Below, in pieces: positions 24,448 to 39,740 of a stretch of DNA of 64,000 nt (its first letter is position 1; each line of letters starts with the position of its first letter). The notes beneath the pieces were generated by a model. It saw only the letters and a program-made list of their open reading frames with translations. It had not been told where the DNA came from and did no database searches. The position numbers and the translations under genes were made by a program. The stretch comes from Octopus vulgaris. Lineage: Eukaryota. The stretch covers positions 51,708,001 to 51,772,000 of the forward strand of contig OX597831.1 in NCBI GenBank assembly GCA_951406725.2, in the 5' to 3' direction.

Positions 24448-24870
24448 GTTGATGTATGTAAATATATGTGTGTGTGTGTGTGTATGTGTGAGTCTGTGTT
24501 TGTTCTCAAATACTGCCTCCCATAAGCTTGCGGTTCGGCAAACAGACCGACAGAATAAGAACCAGACTTTGCGGTATTCGTCTGCCGTTACGTTCTGAGT
24601 TCAAATTCCGCCGAGGTCGACTTTGCCTTTCATCCTTTCGGGGTTGATAAATTAAGTACCAGTTACGCACTGGGGTCGATGTAATCGACTTAATCCCTTT
24701 GTCTGTCCTTGTTTGTCCCCTCTATGTTTAGCCCCCTTGTGGGCAGTAAAGGAATAAGAATAAGAACCAGACTTACGAGTAAAACCAAATACTGAATAGA
24801 TTCCTTCGACTAACACTCTTCAAGTTGATGCTCCAGCATTGCCGCAGTCCAAATACTGAAACAAGTGCAG
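24068..24870 (+). mobile_element. Degenerate SINE A with a nested SINE B body (24570-24760) and microsatellites
   Basis: SINE A head at 24068-24230, with 3' segments at 24490-24570 and 24760-24870. gaataagaaccagactt is duplicated around the SINE B insert. Confidence 0.65.
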
Positions 24871-26474
24871 TCTAAATGTCAACTGGACATCCTCGACAAC
24901 AGAAAATTTCAAGTGATATGATAAACCAAGTTTAATCACCAGCCCTTCAGGTGCAAACAGCGAGGATTCTTTAAGCGCCTTTGTCTTCTGTTCGTAACAG
25001 TAGAAGTTGCTTCTTGTTGATAACATCGTATCCTTCATTATTCCCCACTAGATTTTGGTAATGAGAACTTGGCTCGAGATGGCCGACTATTACATTCCTC
25101 TTCATTATTCAAACTGGATTTTAGCATGTGCACCTTTCCTTCGAACTTCCGAACAAATATCAACTTCTCTTATCATTGCTTGCATTCTCATGCATTTGGA
25201 ATTCTCCAGCAGTGTCAATTTTATTCTTTGTGCGGTGATCAAGTGATTTTGTTAATGCTTTAGAGGAAGAAGAGTGTGCTTCCAAGAACGCATTTAGCGC
25301 AAGCGCTTTAAACAACAAAAGTCATTTGGCTCTTAGTACCACAACCGTGCGTCTGTGTAAATGTGTGCGTTTTGTTTTGTGTTTTTTCTTTTCCATATTA
25401 TTTCGCATTCTTTCAACGAATGTGACATTGAAATCACGCGTAAACGGCTCCCTTCCCAAGAAAAGGAAAGATTGGGCTGCTATTTCTTGCACAACCTACT
25501 ACCACGTAACAATTGTTTGGGTCCTTTATCAAAAATAGCTGTTACGTGGTAGCAGGGCTTGCTAGAAATTGCAGCCAAATCTTTGGAGGTGAGATACGTT
25601 GAATGGACTCGAAAAATACCTATGAAAAAAAATTATTTCATACCGAGGTTATGAACGGGTCTTTTACGAAATATTTACCGTATTTTTAAAGTCATTTTCA
25701 CTTTAAAATATTTTTAAATATGCCAAAAAAAATTTTTTTAATAAAAAATTTTTGCAATAAAAAATTTTTGTAATATAGGAAAATAAAAATAAAAATAAAA
25801 ATAAGCAATAAGTGGAAATTTTACCGGTGAGTGTGTTAAATTATAAGGCACAAAAAGAAAATGACTCTCCTTAGCCACAACAGAATACACACGAACTCAC
25901 ATAAAGAATCTTGCAAACCAAATCCAAAAACGAAATTTTTGTAATGATATTCACTTGAAAATAATTAAAAATACATTAAAATATTGTCTGTTTAAAGAAA
26001 GCTAAAGTATAAATACTTACTGTACATTTTTGAAATCGCATTCACTTAAAAATATTTCTAAATGATTAAAATATTGTGTTTAACAAAAGCGAAAATAGAA
26101 ACATTGAAAAATGTGCTGTAGGTGAATGTTTGGGCTACTGTCTATATTGGAGAGTCTCGAATGATTTAATGCAGTGGTTCTAAACTGGGGTCCGTATGAT
26201 CAATTGCATAGGAGTGATGGGAGCAGGAAGATTTCTGTATATCGAAGTCGAGGATGAAAACTTCAAAGAGAGGTCAGGTGAGTCAGATGTTTTTAATACA
26301 GGATGATGGCGATGGCGATTGGATGTTGAGCTGTAACTGTCCATCTGTCTGTCTTTCTGTCGATCTATCTACTTATTCATATGTGTGTGTGTGTGTATGT
26401 ACATAGTATGGCCTAATATTGAAGAAACTTGTTTCGTCACTACGAGGTCCCGGATTCGATATACATACATACAA

Positions 26475-27188
<714 letters not shown>

Positions 27189-27339
27189 GTTTGTATGTAT
27201 GTATGTATGTATGTATGTATGTATGTATGTATGTTTGTATGTATGTATGTAAGTATGTATGTATGTATGTATGTACACACACCAGGCGCGCACACACCCG
27301 CACGACGGGTATTCACACACTTTCAGTCTACCAATATAT

Positions 27340-27467
27340 AACAAGATGGTCCAAAAGTAACGCATCAAAACAGTTGACATTTGGAACTAAAGTGTTACTT
27401 TTGAAACGTGCAATATAAATCAAATGAATTTTAATCTTGGTGCACGACTTTTGGCCCACCTTTGAAT
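27340..27467. mobile_element. Tc1/mariner-like MITE
   Basis: Inverted ends caagatggtccaaaagtaacgcatcaa / ttggtgcacgacttttggcccacctttg. Confidence 0.55.
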
Positions 27468-27976
27468 GTATTTATATATGTATGTATATATATATGTATG
27501 TATGTATGTTTGTTTGTATGTATGTATGTATGTTTGTTTGTATGTATGTTTGTATGTATGTATGTATGTTTGTATGTATGTATGTTTGTATGTATGTATG
27601 TTTGTTTGTATGTATGTTTGTTTGTATGTATGTATGTATGTATGTATGTATGTATGTATGCATGTTTGTATGTATGTATGTATGTATGTTTGTATGTATG
27701 TATGTTTGTATATATATGCATACAAAAAACAGGAAAAAGCACCTGCAGAATGTAAGTTTATATTGGCGTCAGTAATCCGTATTTTCTAGCCTCATCGCTA
27801 TATTCGATGTGATGGTGATAAATCCAGTGTAGATCTGGTGATAAGGGAAATTTCAGACGCTGGGGACCTCGCCAAGTTGTAGGAGACTGCCGGAAACCCC
27901 ACATGTCGGAAACCGTTCCAAATCTGACCGACGCCGGAGTTTTGTTTTTCTTTCGAAATATGACTGAGTGTTAAAA

Positions 27977-28180
27977 AAGCGGCGAGTTGGCAGAATCGTT
28001 AGCACTCCGGGCAAAATGCTTAGCGGCATTTCGCCCGTCTTTAAGAGTTCAAATTCCCCCGCGGTTGACTTTGTCTTTCATCCATTCGGAGTCGATAAAA
28101 TAAGTACCAGTTGAGTATTGGGGTCGATGTAATTGGCATACCCTCAATCCCGAATTGTGTTAAAAATTTGAAACCAATAT
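27977..28180 (+). mobile_element. SINE B
   Basis: Head GCGGCGAGTTGGCAGAATCGTTAGC and central CTTTCATCC..CGGAGTCGATAAAATAAGTACCAG domain. Confidence 0.8.
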
Positions 28181-28774
28181 GACTGAATGGCGAAGAAGTA
28201 CGCTCCACAATATCGAGGTCGGGGTTCGATCCCACCACGTGGAATCTTAGTCAAATGTCTTCTACCAAAGCCTCGGATCGATCCCGAAACTTCCGAGATT
28301 ATGTAACATGGAAACTCTATATAAGCTGCTCGCTCGAACAGTATTTTTAATTCAAAAGGTCCGAAGTCCTGATCTGTCATAACATTTGTGATACGCCGAT
28401 TCTGTCTGAGGATTACGTGAAGGGTGTTTGCAGAATACTAGGTCATTTACATGTAATTTAATAGAGCTGGTATCTCAGTTGATCGAACCACTGAATAGTC
28501 ATCGTAGAAATCGGCGAAGGTCCTTTTAGTCCCCCGAGCCGTTACTATCTTGCATTCAGACGCAAGGCAGGTAGATAGGTAGGCAAGTGACTGATGTGTT
28601 CTTGGACGTAAGAATTCAAGATGGCCCTGCATGATATATTTCTGGGGTCTCACTGCTTCTTTGATAAACCTTTCTCTGCAAAGATAGCCTGGGCCTCGCA
28701 ATGCATATCGTTACCTTCGGAGGCCACATAGAAAAGTGGCAAGACTCACATCGTACTGAGAGGGAGTCTCTCTT

Positions 28775-29176
28775 TCACTTGTTTCAGTCATTTGACTGCG
28801 GCCATGCTGGAGCACCGCCTTTAGTCGAGCAAATCGACCCCGGGACTTATTCTTTGTAAGCCCAGTACTTATTCTATCGGTCTCTTTGCCAAACCGCTAA
28901 GTGACGGGGACATAAACACACCAGCATCGGTTGTCAAGCAATGCTAGGGGGACAAACACAGACACACAAACATATACACACACACTTATATATATATATA
29001 TATACATATATACGACAGGCTTCTTTCAGTTTCCGTCTACCAAATCCACTCACAAGGCATTGGTCGGCCCGGGGCTATAGCAGAAGACACTTGTCCAAGA
29101 TGCCACGCAGTGGGACTGAACCCGGAACCATGTGGTTCGTTAGCAAGCTACTTACCACACAGCCACTCCTGCGCCT
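28775..29176 (-). mobile_element. SINE A, full length
   Basis: Reverse complement of family A. Confidence 0.9.
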
Positions 29177-29554
29177 GTGACAAGAGAACACACAAACCCC
29201 CACAAAACAAACCCAGGCATATTTGCATACACCCAACATACGTGCATACATACAAATATACATACATACCTACATACTTGGATGCATTCATACACACATA
29301 CGTACACACATACATTTACGCAAGCAACTACTCAAATGTTCACATCCGTAGATACAACTACACACACACACGCACACACAATAAAAAAAACCCACACATA
29401 TATATATGTACAGAATAAACCGTTTTCTAGCAAGTTATGATGTAACTACCGGCAACAACCACTCTCTATCTCTGTTTTCTCTCTCACCCCCTCTCTCCCT
29501 ATATATGTGTATCTGTGTGTGTGTGTGTATATATACACACACACGTATATATTT

Positions 29555-29593
<39 letters not shown>

Positions 29594-29626
29594 CATACAT
29601 ATATAGGTATTTCTCTCACTCTCACT

Positions 29627-29659
<33 letters not shown>

Positions 29660-30080
29660 AATATGTATATACACACATACAGCGGTGGTGCCCCAGCATG
29701 GCCGCAGCCTTCGGGCTAAAACATTTTTAAGGGTTTTAAGGATACATGCATACATACACATACACACACATATATACACACATACATACTTATATATATA
29801 GATATCTACAGATATCTACATATCGATCTATGTTTATGTATGCATGTATTTATATGATATATATGTATTTATATATGTATGTATGTATATATGTGTGTGT
29901 GTGTGTATGTGTGTACATATGTATGTGCATATAGAAAGAGTGCGTGTGTATTATGTGTGAAAGAGAGAGTGAGAGACAGAGACAGAGAAGGAAAGAATGA
30001 GAAAGGGAAAAAGGATGTATAAGTGAGGGAAAGAATATTGAATACATGTAGTAAAGTTTATATATATATATATATATATA

Positions 30081-30477
30081 CTAACAGTATCGCCCGGCGT
30101 TGCTCGGGTTTGTAAGGGAAATAACTATAAAGCACTTTTAGAGAGTTATAGCCAAAAAATAGCAAAAAAATGCATTAAAAATGGAAAAAAAATGATGGTA
30201 AATTTTTTTTAAAATCGTTGACTCATTGTAGACATGTTTAGAGAGTTACTTCCCTTATATAATAGCGAAAAAATGCATTAAAATGGAAAAGAATGATGGT
30301 AAATTATTTAAAAAATCGTAGACTCATCGTAGACGCGCGCTAATACCCAGAAGGGCTCGATATGAATCACGACTATAAGATACCCGCTTTTGGTTAAACT
30401 GCACCGCAAAATGTGGGAGTAGTTAGGAATCTAAATCGTAGGAGACAGACACACAACCTTACTTTTATATATAAAGA
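30081..30477 (-). mobile_element. Non-autonomous Helitron
   Basis: Minus strand A|TCTTTATATATAAAAG ... CCCGAGCAACGCCGGGCGATACTGTTAG|T. Confidence 0.8.
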
Positions 30478-30500
30478 TATATCAATTTCTACCCTTATTC

Positions 30501-30582
<82 letters not shown>

Positions 30583-31253
30583 TTTCATAGCTGATAATTT
30601 AATCTCTCACCACTCAGAGTTTCTCGCAGAGTTCGATCTATCTTTTTTTTTGTTGCTGAAAAAAAATGTCACATTGCGAGAAAGCGAGAAACTCTTATTA
30701 CCTAGAAAGTGAATGAACAGCATTGAACACATATGTGCGCTATTGTATGTGTATGTGAATGAGTGTGTGTGAGTGTGTATGCATGTGTGTGTATGTGTAT
30801 TCAGATATATATATATATATATTCATACACACAGACACACATACACACACGTATATACATATTCATAAATTCGTACAAACAACAGGTCTCTCTATCTCTT
30901 TATCTCTCTCTTTCTCCTTTCACCAAACCTTCACAAGCTTCTCTTTCACCCTCTCCCTCTTCCTCCTTCTCTCTCAAACTATATATTTCACTCCCTCAGT
31001 CTCTATCCACCTCCTTGTTCTCAATCCGCGCCATTATTTCAGAGTGAATGAAAGACTGAAGAATGCAGAGTTCTCAGAGAACGAATTAGAAGATCGGCTG
31101 GAAATGATTCCAACGTACCTCCCTCTTCCTTCTTAAGATTTCTCCTTCAATTTTTCTCGCTCTCTCTCTCTCTTTGTTCACTTTCTCTCCTTCCCCCTAT
31201 TCTTCCATCTATCCGTCTGTCTCACTCATTACTTCTTTTTCATTCTTCTTCCC

Positions 31254-31290
<37 letters not shown>

Positions 31291-31662
31291 TCTAACTCCT
31301 CGTCTTATCTCTCTTCCCCTTCTCTCTTCCTTACTCGTTTTCACTCGCTCTCTCTCTCTCTCACTCTTCCTTTGCCTCTCATTCTTCTATCTCTATATCT
31401 TGATGTAGCAAAGTAACAAATAACAGATTCTTCAGTTCGGTGCATTACATCTCACACATACATACACATATATGTGCGCACACAGACACATGTACACACA
31501 CGAACACACACATATAGCTTTCGATGTATACATACACGTAAGTAAGCATATATTCATACATATGCTCACATAGAATCACCAACAGAGAAGTTCTATCATG
31601 TAGGGGAGCGATACTGAATAGACGGATCCGTGGATAGAGAGGCATATCAAGTAAGGCAACAC

Positions 31663-31762
<100 letters not shown>

Positions 31763-31805
31763 GTCTGTCTGTTTAATCTATCTTTCTACTACTTACCTGT
31801 CTGTC

Positions 31806-31869
<64 letters not shown>

Positions 31870-31945
31870 CATACATACATGTATGCACACACACACATAC
31901 ACATCACTCTATTTCTCTCTCTTCATCATTCTGTCTATCTGTCTG

Positions 31946-32004
<59 letters not shown>

Positions 32005-33343
32005 GTCTGTCTGTCTGTCTATCTCTCTGTCTCTCTACTTGTCTTTTGCATGTATGTAGACACAAATACATACGTACATTTATATATATGCAAACACATG
32101 TAAGTATGTATGTACGTATGTATGTACGTACGCATGTTTGCGTATCTATGTATATGTACGCGAGGTTGCATGTACACATTCATGTGAATATATATATATA
32201 TGTCTGTGCGTGTGTTTGCGTGAGTGTATTGCCTATGTATTTGTACTCATGTGTATGTATATCTATGTATGCATGTAGGAAGTTTACCTTACGGTACCTT
32301 AACAGACCTGTAAATTCTTCGCCAACTAGTTCCGATGCCATGTCGTAATCATTTCTCCATCATTTAAATCGCTCTAATATCAGGAGAAAAGGCATGAATA
32401 CCCCATGTTCTCCTTTCTCTAGGATCTAAACATTTACAACCGATAGTAAGATATACGAGACATCTTTCAGTTCTTCTCACTGTCGTATCTATTTCTTTGG
32501 TTATGTGTGAGCATGTGTCTATGTACGTTTCCATGTACGCGACTGCGGTGAAATCTATGTTGAGTTTACACGTGTATGCTTGGATTGTGTCGTGTTGTAG
32601 GCACGCCTGTGTGTGTATAGAAGCGTGCGTGAATGTGCGACATATAGACATTGTTGATATTCATATTGTTGTTGTTATGACTATATTTGATATGGCTGTT
32701 GTTGTTGTTTAGCGCACAGATCAGCCTTGATCGAGCAAACCTGTAATCAAAAGCGTTCAAGCCATCTTTCCTCTGTGCAAGGAACTACACGGTTTAATAA
32801 TTCCGTCTTTATTTAAAACGGAAGGGTGCAGTTTGAGAGTGTTTTGGCTGGTATTTCTAAAGAGTCTTTCATTGTAACCGAGTAGATCTAGCATCACGAC
32901 AAAAGCTTTGATCAGCCGTAACCATCATGATTCTTATTTTTAAATTAGAGGGAGAATTGGTTACTATTTCAAGTAACCCGTATGTCCACATAGAGGTATC
33001 GTCATAGGCTCGTTAGTATTTACTCGTGATGTGACGTGTTTTAACCATAAATTCAAGGACACAGCAACAAATCTTTGCCGGTTTTTTTTTCATTATGTAC
33101 ATTTGGTTAAGTACTTTCTCTACAAGAAATTTTATTTTGGCATCTGGCACTTGCTAATTACATGATTAGCTTTGGTGGCCACTTGCTATATGATGAATTT
33201 TTGGGTAGTTGTTAAATAGTTATTTTCCAGAGCCAGCTGCTTGGTTCAACTTTGCTACATGTTAAATCACAGAGTTTAACTTCATCATATGCAACAGGTT
33301 AAGATTTTTGCATCTGCTACATGGTTTGACTGTAATCCACATG

Positions 33344-33504
33344 CAGGGATGTCCTAGCAGTATGATAGACCGTAGGGCAATTCAGTGCACTGGACCCAAG
33401 TGTATTTATTTATTGACATCAAGCCACAATATACATAATTGAGCTCCCAGACACCGGGGACTCCGGACAACTGCCTAGTGAGCCGATGCTTTAAAGCGGC
33501 CCGG
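33344..33504. mobile_element. hAT-like MITE (same family as 42652-42835)
   Basis: Termini CAGGGATGTCCTAGC ... TTAAAGCGGCCC; approximate TSD tccacatg/accacgtg. Confidence 0.6.
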
Positions 33505-33519
33505 ACCACGTGGGCTTGT

Positions 33520-33800
33520 CTTTGGCTCCTGCACCATGGTAAATATACGAAACTTGTCCCACAGTGAATATTTGATGCTGGCTCCATGGTTTACCTTTGG
33601 TGTCTGTTCCATCGTTAATATTTAGCATCTGCTCCATGATTGATATTTGGTACCTGTTCCCTGGTTAAAATTTGGCAGCTACGCCATGGTTAACATATGA
33701 CATAGGCTCCATGGAAAATACTCGACTGCTACTCTGTGATCGATACTTTGTCATCTGCTCCATGGTCAAAACTTAGCGCCTATTCTATAGATTTTGACAT
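33520..33800. repeat. Ancient degenerate 25-bp tandem repeat (tttggcatctgctccatggttaata)
   Basis: At least 8 consecutive 25-26-bp units at 33571-33775, with looser copies from ~33130 to ~34230. Confidence 0.75.
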
Positions 33801-34286
33801 TGGTTCCAAATTTTGTCTTTGGTACTGGCAACATGCTTTACAATGAAAGGCAAAACAAAATCATTGCAACATGGTTTGTCCTGATTTTTCACAACGGTTC
33901 TTGTAAAGTGGTTTTGAGCTTTTATGTGATACAAGTTTTTGTTATTCGGTGTCTGCCACATGGGCAGCCAATCAAATCTATAATGTTTTTTTCGTTGGGA
34001 TTTGCAAGGTGTTTGTTTGATATCTGCTACATGGACTGTCTTTGACATATTCAGGTTAGTTTTTACTGGCTTTTTTTGCTATACGACTTGTCATTTGCAT
34101 TTGTAATGTATTTTCGTCTGTTTCGGGGTTTGTTCTTGATAATAAACTCCCACATGTTTTCTTTTCAATACCTGGTAAGAATTTTTTAAGTGGTGTATAA
34201 CTTTCGTTCATACTTGCTACATGGTTTGATTTCAACACCTTCTACGTGTTTAGACTTTAAGAAATTTACATCAATCACAGAGTATA

Positions 34287-34704
34287 GGCGCAGGAGTGGC
34301 TGTGTGGTAAGTAGCTTGCTAACCAACCACATGGTTCCGGGTTCAGTCCCACTGCGTGGCATCTTGGGCAAGTGTCTTCTGCTATAGCCCCGGGCCGACC
34401 AATGCCTTGTGAGTGGATTTGGTAGACGGAAACTGAAAGAAGCCTGTTGTATATATGTGTATATATATGTATGTGTGTTTGTTTGTGTGTCTGTGTTTGT
34501 CCCCCTAGCATTGCTTGACAACCGATGCTGGTGTGTTTATGTCCCCGTTACTTAGCGGTTCGGCAAAAGAGACCGATAGAATAAGTACTGGGCTTACAAA
34601 AAAGAATAAGTCCCGGGGTCTATTTGCTCGATTAAAGGCGGTGCTCCAGCATGGCCGCAGTCAAAGGACTGAAACAAGTAAAAGAGTAAAAGAGTAAAGA
34701 GAGT
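34287..34704 (+). mobile_element. SINE A, full length
   Basis: Family A sequence flanked by an agagtata direct repeat. Confidence 0.9.
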
Positions 34705-34734
34705 ATAACATAAAACAAATAAAGGAATGAATAT

Positions 34735-35110
34735 ATTTGTATCACATAATTATTCGGTTACGATCGTTTCAATAACAGCTTTGATACATCATTCAACACG
34801 TTGAAGCAAATATAGACAACGATTATATAGTTTCATGTAATATTAAATGAAACCCTAGCTGTCATTTCATGACCCTCGAACGATATAATATTTGTAAACC
34901 CCTCCCAGTGATTGCATTTATAAACGTGCTTATCCATGTTCAAGTGTAATACATCGTTCGAAGGTCTTGAAATGAAATGATTGGTTGAATTTAATCTAAT
35001 ATCAGATGAAATTACACAATCATTGTTTATATTTGTTCCTCCATGTTGATTACTTTCTATCCCACCTGTTATTGAAACGATCGTATCTGGATAATAAATG
35101 TGATACCAAT
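34735..35110. mobile_element. MITE-like inverted-repeat element
   Basis: tgtatcaca...tacgatcgtttcaataacag is inverted against ctgttattgaaacgatcgta...tgtgatacc; weaker complementarity extends to about 95 bp. Confidence 0.6.
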
Positions 35111-35195
35111 ATCATCATACCTTTATATGGTTTATACATATATACATACATACATACATACATACATACGTACATACATACATACATACACACAT

Positions 35196-35226
<31 letters not shown>

Positions 35227-35516
35227 CATATAGACATACATACTTCTGGATACATACATACTTACACAACACACGCATATTATGTGTATGATTATGCAAA
35301 TATACATATCTATGTATATGTGCATTCACAAGCAATAGGAAAACACTTTCTGTTTTCTTCACGTTAACAAATGCACTGTGTGTGTGTGTGTGCGTGTGTG
35401 TGTGTGTATTAGTGCGTGTGTGTGCGATAGTGCATGTGTGTTTGAGCGTGTGAATGTGAGACACAGAGATAACGGTAAAGAGAGGAGAGAGTGAGAGTGT
35501 GTGTGTGTGTGTAAGC

Positions 35517-35563
<47 letters not shown>

Positions 35564-35595
35564 AGAGCGAGTGCGCGCACACACACAAACATATG

Positions 35596-35651
<56 letters not shown>

Positions 35652-36155
35652 TATTACATAGAATAAAAGGCTGGGCGGATGCGAGTGGCTAAAATACAAG
35701 CTGGTATGTGAAGTCAAATCATTCCCCAGTAATCATTTAATCTGGGGCAAACTTACACCTCCCACCGGACGACATAACGGAAATGTGGTTAGTAAGTTGT
35801 TGAAATTTGATCGGTCGCTATCGATGTTCAATCATCTTTTCTCTCCCTTTTATCATCAACACGTGCCAGAAAAGGAGTTCCTAGAAATAGTAGCCAATTC
35901 TGCCTCAAATCACGTGACGTTAGCACTGTCATATCCTAAGGACTATACAGAGTGACGTAATGTAGTGGCGTACTTTGAGTATGTGCGGCCTGGTGTGGCC
36001 TTTGATTTTGCAGAACACCCTAGGCCCTCTATACAAGGATTATACAACGGATTTTCGGTCCATCGCCCATCTACATACGCTATTACATGTTTTTTTTTTG
36101 CATGTATTACAATATTTTTGCATTGGCCGCTCAACTGTTATATATACCGTATATA

Positions 36156-36207
<52 letters not shown>

Positions 36208-36210
<3 letters not shown>

Positions 36211-36552
36211 GAGTTCAAAGAGCCATGGAAAGGTCAATCTTGGTATCTCGTTGAGAGAGCACATCAGTAGCGAGATCATCAGAAAGAAGTCCGGCGTGAG
36301 GGATGGCAGAGTACACGCGGCAAGTATAGATGGGCTGGACACGTCGCCCGGCTCACCGATAATCGGTGGACCCGCGCAGTTGTCGAGTGGTACCCGCGCA
36401 TTGAAACGACCGGAAGGCCTCCACGATGGTGGAGTTACGATTTCAGGAGGACGATTGGGATCACGTGGATGAGAAAGGCGCGAGCCAGAGAGGAGTGGAC
36501 AGAGTGCTGTGACCAGCGGTGTCAAATGGACGCTCGATCGGACTGGTCGGTC

Positions 36553-36556
<4 letters not shown>
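36208..36556 (+). pseudogene. RTE-clade LINE 3' fragment in (TA)n
   Basis: QRAMERS.LGISLREHISSEIIRKKSGV...KYRWAGHVARLTDNRWTRAVVEWYPR..GRPPRWW...W..KAR.REEW is the typical RTE ORF C-terminus. Confidence 0.85.
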
Positions 36557-36635
<79 letters not shown>

Positions 36636-36655
36636 GTGTGTGTGTGTGTGTGTGT

Positions 36656-36873
36656 ATAGGGGCGGGGTGCTGAAAAGTTCTTGGCTAAGGGTATCATGAA
36701 AGGCCTTGGAGGTCCAACATTCTGAGTTCTTTTACAGGACTTAGAAAAACATGAAGACTGCTGCAATAAGTGTGTAAATCTCAGTGGGAAATATGTTGAA
36801 TACAATTATAATTAACTGATTCTCTTGTGTTTTCATTTACCCAAAGCCAGTAAATTTTCAACACCTCCTCGTA
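36656..36873 (+). mobile_element. mariner-derived MITE
   Basis: TIR TA.GAGGGGGTGCTGAAAAGTTC.TGGCT; retains the mariner C-terminus [11 protein letters not shown]. Confidence 0.75.
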
Positions 36874-36957
36874 TATATATATATACAGTGTGTCTTGCGT
36901 ATGTAGATATGATGAGATCCTTCTCTTTTTAGGTCTGACTACTGCTGAAAGACACAC

Positions 36958-37072
<115 letters not shown>

Positions 37073-37464
37073 TCAGACAGTAGAGACAGACGGACAGATG
37101 GAGAGGTATCGACTTATTCGGTATTGGCTTGGTACTTTATGGAATCAATCCCGAAGGGATGAAAAACAAAGTTGTTGACGTCGGCGGTATTTGAACTCAG
37201 AAAGAAGAGAGCCGGAATGAATACACTGTAAAATGCGACATATGATTGTAGGTGCACCCAATAACAGTCGAGCTGGGGTTAAGCAACAGAAGCAACACCG
37301 AAGACAACAGAAGCAACATTGTATTAGTTATGTATACACCATTTGTTGCACATCTGATCAAGATACAACCGTATACACACCAGTGCACAACATACATACA
37401 TACATACATACATACATACATACATACATACATACATACATACATACATGCATGCATACATACA

Positions 37465-37496
<32 letters not shown>

Positions 37497-37622
37497 CATA
37501 CATACATACATACATACATACATGCATACATACATACATACATACATGCACATACATACAGACATACATACATACATACATACATACATACATACATACA
37601 TGCATACATGCATACATATATA

Positions 37623-38410
37623 TACCAAAATGTGATAACCGATGCAGACTTTGTAGAATTAACATAGAAGGTATCACTCACATCGTAAGCAGTTGTCCAA
37701 TAATGTCATCATGGTATCATCGACCGTTGAAACATGATGTTGTAACCAAGACACTGTATGATGGGATCCGTCGGAAGGGCAAAGAAATAAGAAACCACAA
37801 TATCGTAGAGGCTATATCAACACATAATAAAGAGTACTGGTGGAATGTCCCAGTGAAAATCTTAATGTAATGTAAACGTGATAGACCAGACATAATGATT
37901 TGGGACAGAAAAGAGAGACTGTGTACAATAGTAGAAATCAGCAGCCCAGAGGATGTTAACATAAAGCTAAAGATTAGTGAAAAAGAAAACACATACACTG
38001 AACTATTGAGAACTCTGCAGTTACTCTACCCAGAATACAAGTACAAAATTATACCTGTAATTATCGGGGCACTGGATATGTAACACATTGCCTAAGCAGT
38101 AACCTTGAGAAATTAGGCTTCCCAAAACCAGAAAGGAGAACATTTAGGCTTCTCAAAACCAGAAAGGGAAAAACTGATTCGAAGACTACAGATCCAAGCC
38201 ATCATTGGAACTTTGAAAATTTGTAAAACTTTCCAGAAATTTACCATATATGCGCACGTCTAGACATGCAACTATATGCACGAGAATACGTAAAACAAAA
38301 CATACAAATCTGCACTACTAAAATACCCCGCAATTGTAGAAACCTTGGGTCTAAGTTACAAACCAGCTCTTTCTCTGTTGGCAAGCAATCTTGAAATAAA
38401 ACTGATTAAC
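37623..38410 (+). pseudogene. R4/Dong-like RLE non-LTR retrotransposon, 5'-truncated
   Basis: CCHC knuckle CRLC..EGITHIVSSC..KHDVV, then the restriction-like endonuclease RPDIMIWD..IVEISSPEDVNI..EKENTY..PVIIGAL, then a 3'UTR ending aaataaaactgattaa. Confidence 0.88.
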
Positions 38411-38649
38411 ATACATGACTCCAAATATTGCACATATACACATATACATGTAAAAATACACAGTTGATGTTAAATTAGTGGTGTCTTTGATGATCTTTTT
38501 TACCTTACTTCAATGATGCCGGTGACATATATTGAAAGTCCCCTTATTGAACTATATTCATTAAAATGTATAGAACTATGTTACCACCCGCAAATTTGAG
38601 AAACAAACACTCATAACTTTTCTCTTTTAAAACTTCATTGATTGATACC

Positions 38650-38905
38650 ATGAAATTCCTCGACTTGAGCTCTATCATTTAAGCCTTATTAAAATATAGT
38701 TTGTTTTTAAAATAAAAGAGTTAATTATACTTAAATCCAATTTTTTGCCTTATTTATATTCTTCTTCACAACTTTTTTTATACAAATCTTTGTTGCATGG
38801 GATCAAGACTATGAAATTCCTCGTGCTTTCTTCTATCATTGAAGCTAAGATAAATATATTTTGCTTTTAAAATAAAAAAAGTTATTTAGATCTAAACTTG
38901 ATTGG
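38650..38905. repeat. Diverged direct repeat (~95 bp, period 161)
   Basis: atgaaattcctcg...ctatcatt.aagc...ttttaaaataaaa.agtta at 38650 and 38811. Confidence 0.55.
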
Positions 38906-39740
38906 AGGCATAACTTACTCTCTTATAACGTTGCTACAAATTTTGATGTAAACTTTTTTCTACTGGACCAAATCTCAATTTTTTTAAAGCCAAAATGTAG
39001 CTAGGGACCAGACCTCTTCAAAAATGTTAACAGTTTTCAATTTGATTAAGAACTGAACTAGCGACAAAGATCGGGAGGTGCTGCGTGTGAGTAAATTGCA
39101 GCTTTAAAAATATTATTCAACAACTACCGTAGTTGAATGATACTGATACAACTCACCCCTACAAGACCTTCATGTGAAGTCACTGGTGTTTTAAGTATTC
39201 ATAAGAACAGGAGCCAGCAACTATTTTTTGTTTTGTTTTGCAATGGCCTATTTTTGATATTTTTCCTTTTACATTTCCCCATGGACCACATAGGGGAAAT
39301 GGAAGATATATTATATCTTACACACTAAAACAAAAGTTCTCTGCTTATCCAACCTCAACACCGCCATTTTCCTCAATGACACTGCTTATGCAAGCAAAAC
39401 GTAAAATGTGTTACACGCCGTGCGCGCGGAAACTATCTCAAAACCATCAACTATTCAATGGCAGATAAATCTATTTAAATTTGGAAAATCTATTCAGATA
39501 AAAATTCCCGGACTCACGGAGAACATTTCATTAATCCACCTGATGCAGTTGTCATATTTCTGAAATGCCAATGTGACTGTCACTGAAAAATATTCTAGAC
39601 TTGATAGTCTTTGCTTTTGTACAGTTGCGCCCCATTCATAATACGTCCACCCTTGTTTCTTTCTTAGTAATCACCATTACTTCAACACATACACAGTAAA
39701 TAGCTCTGGAAATAACATTGCGCTAGTGATTGAGTTATTA

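Noticed and set aside
24880-25260. Complex sequence that might be a coding remnant (also 28447-28760 and 5594-5782)
   Set aside because: No motif could be recognised by eye; tBLASTx or HMM searches would be needed.
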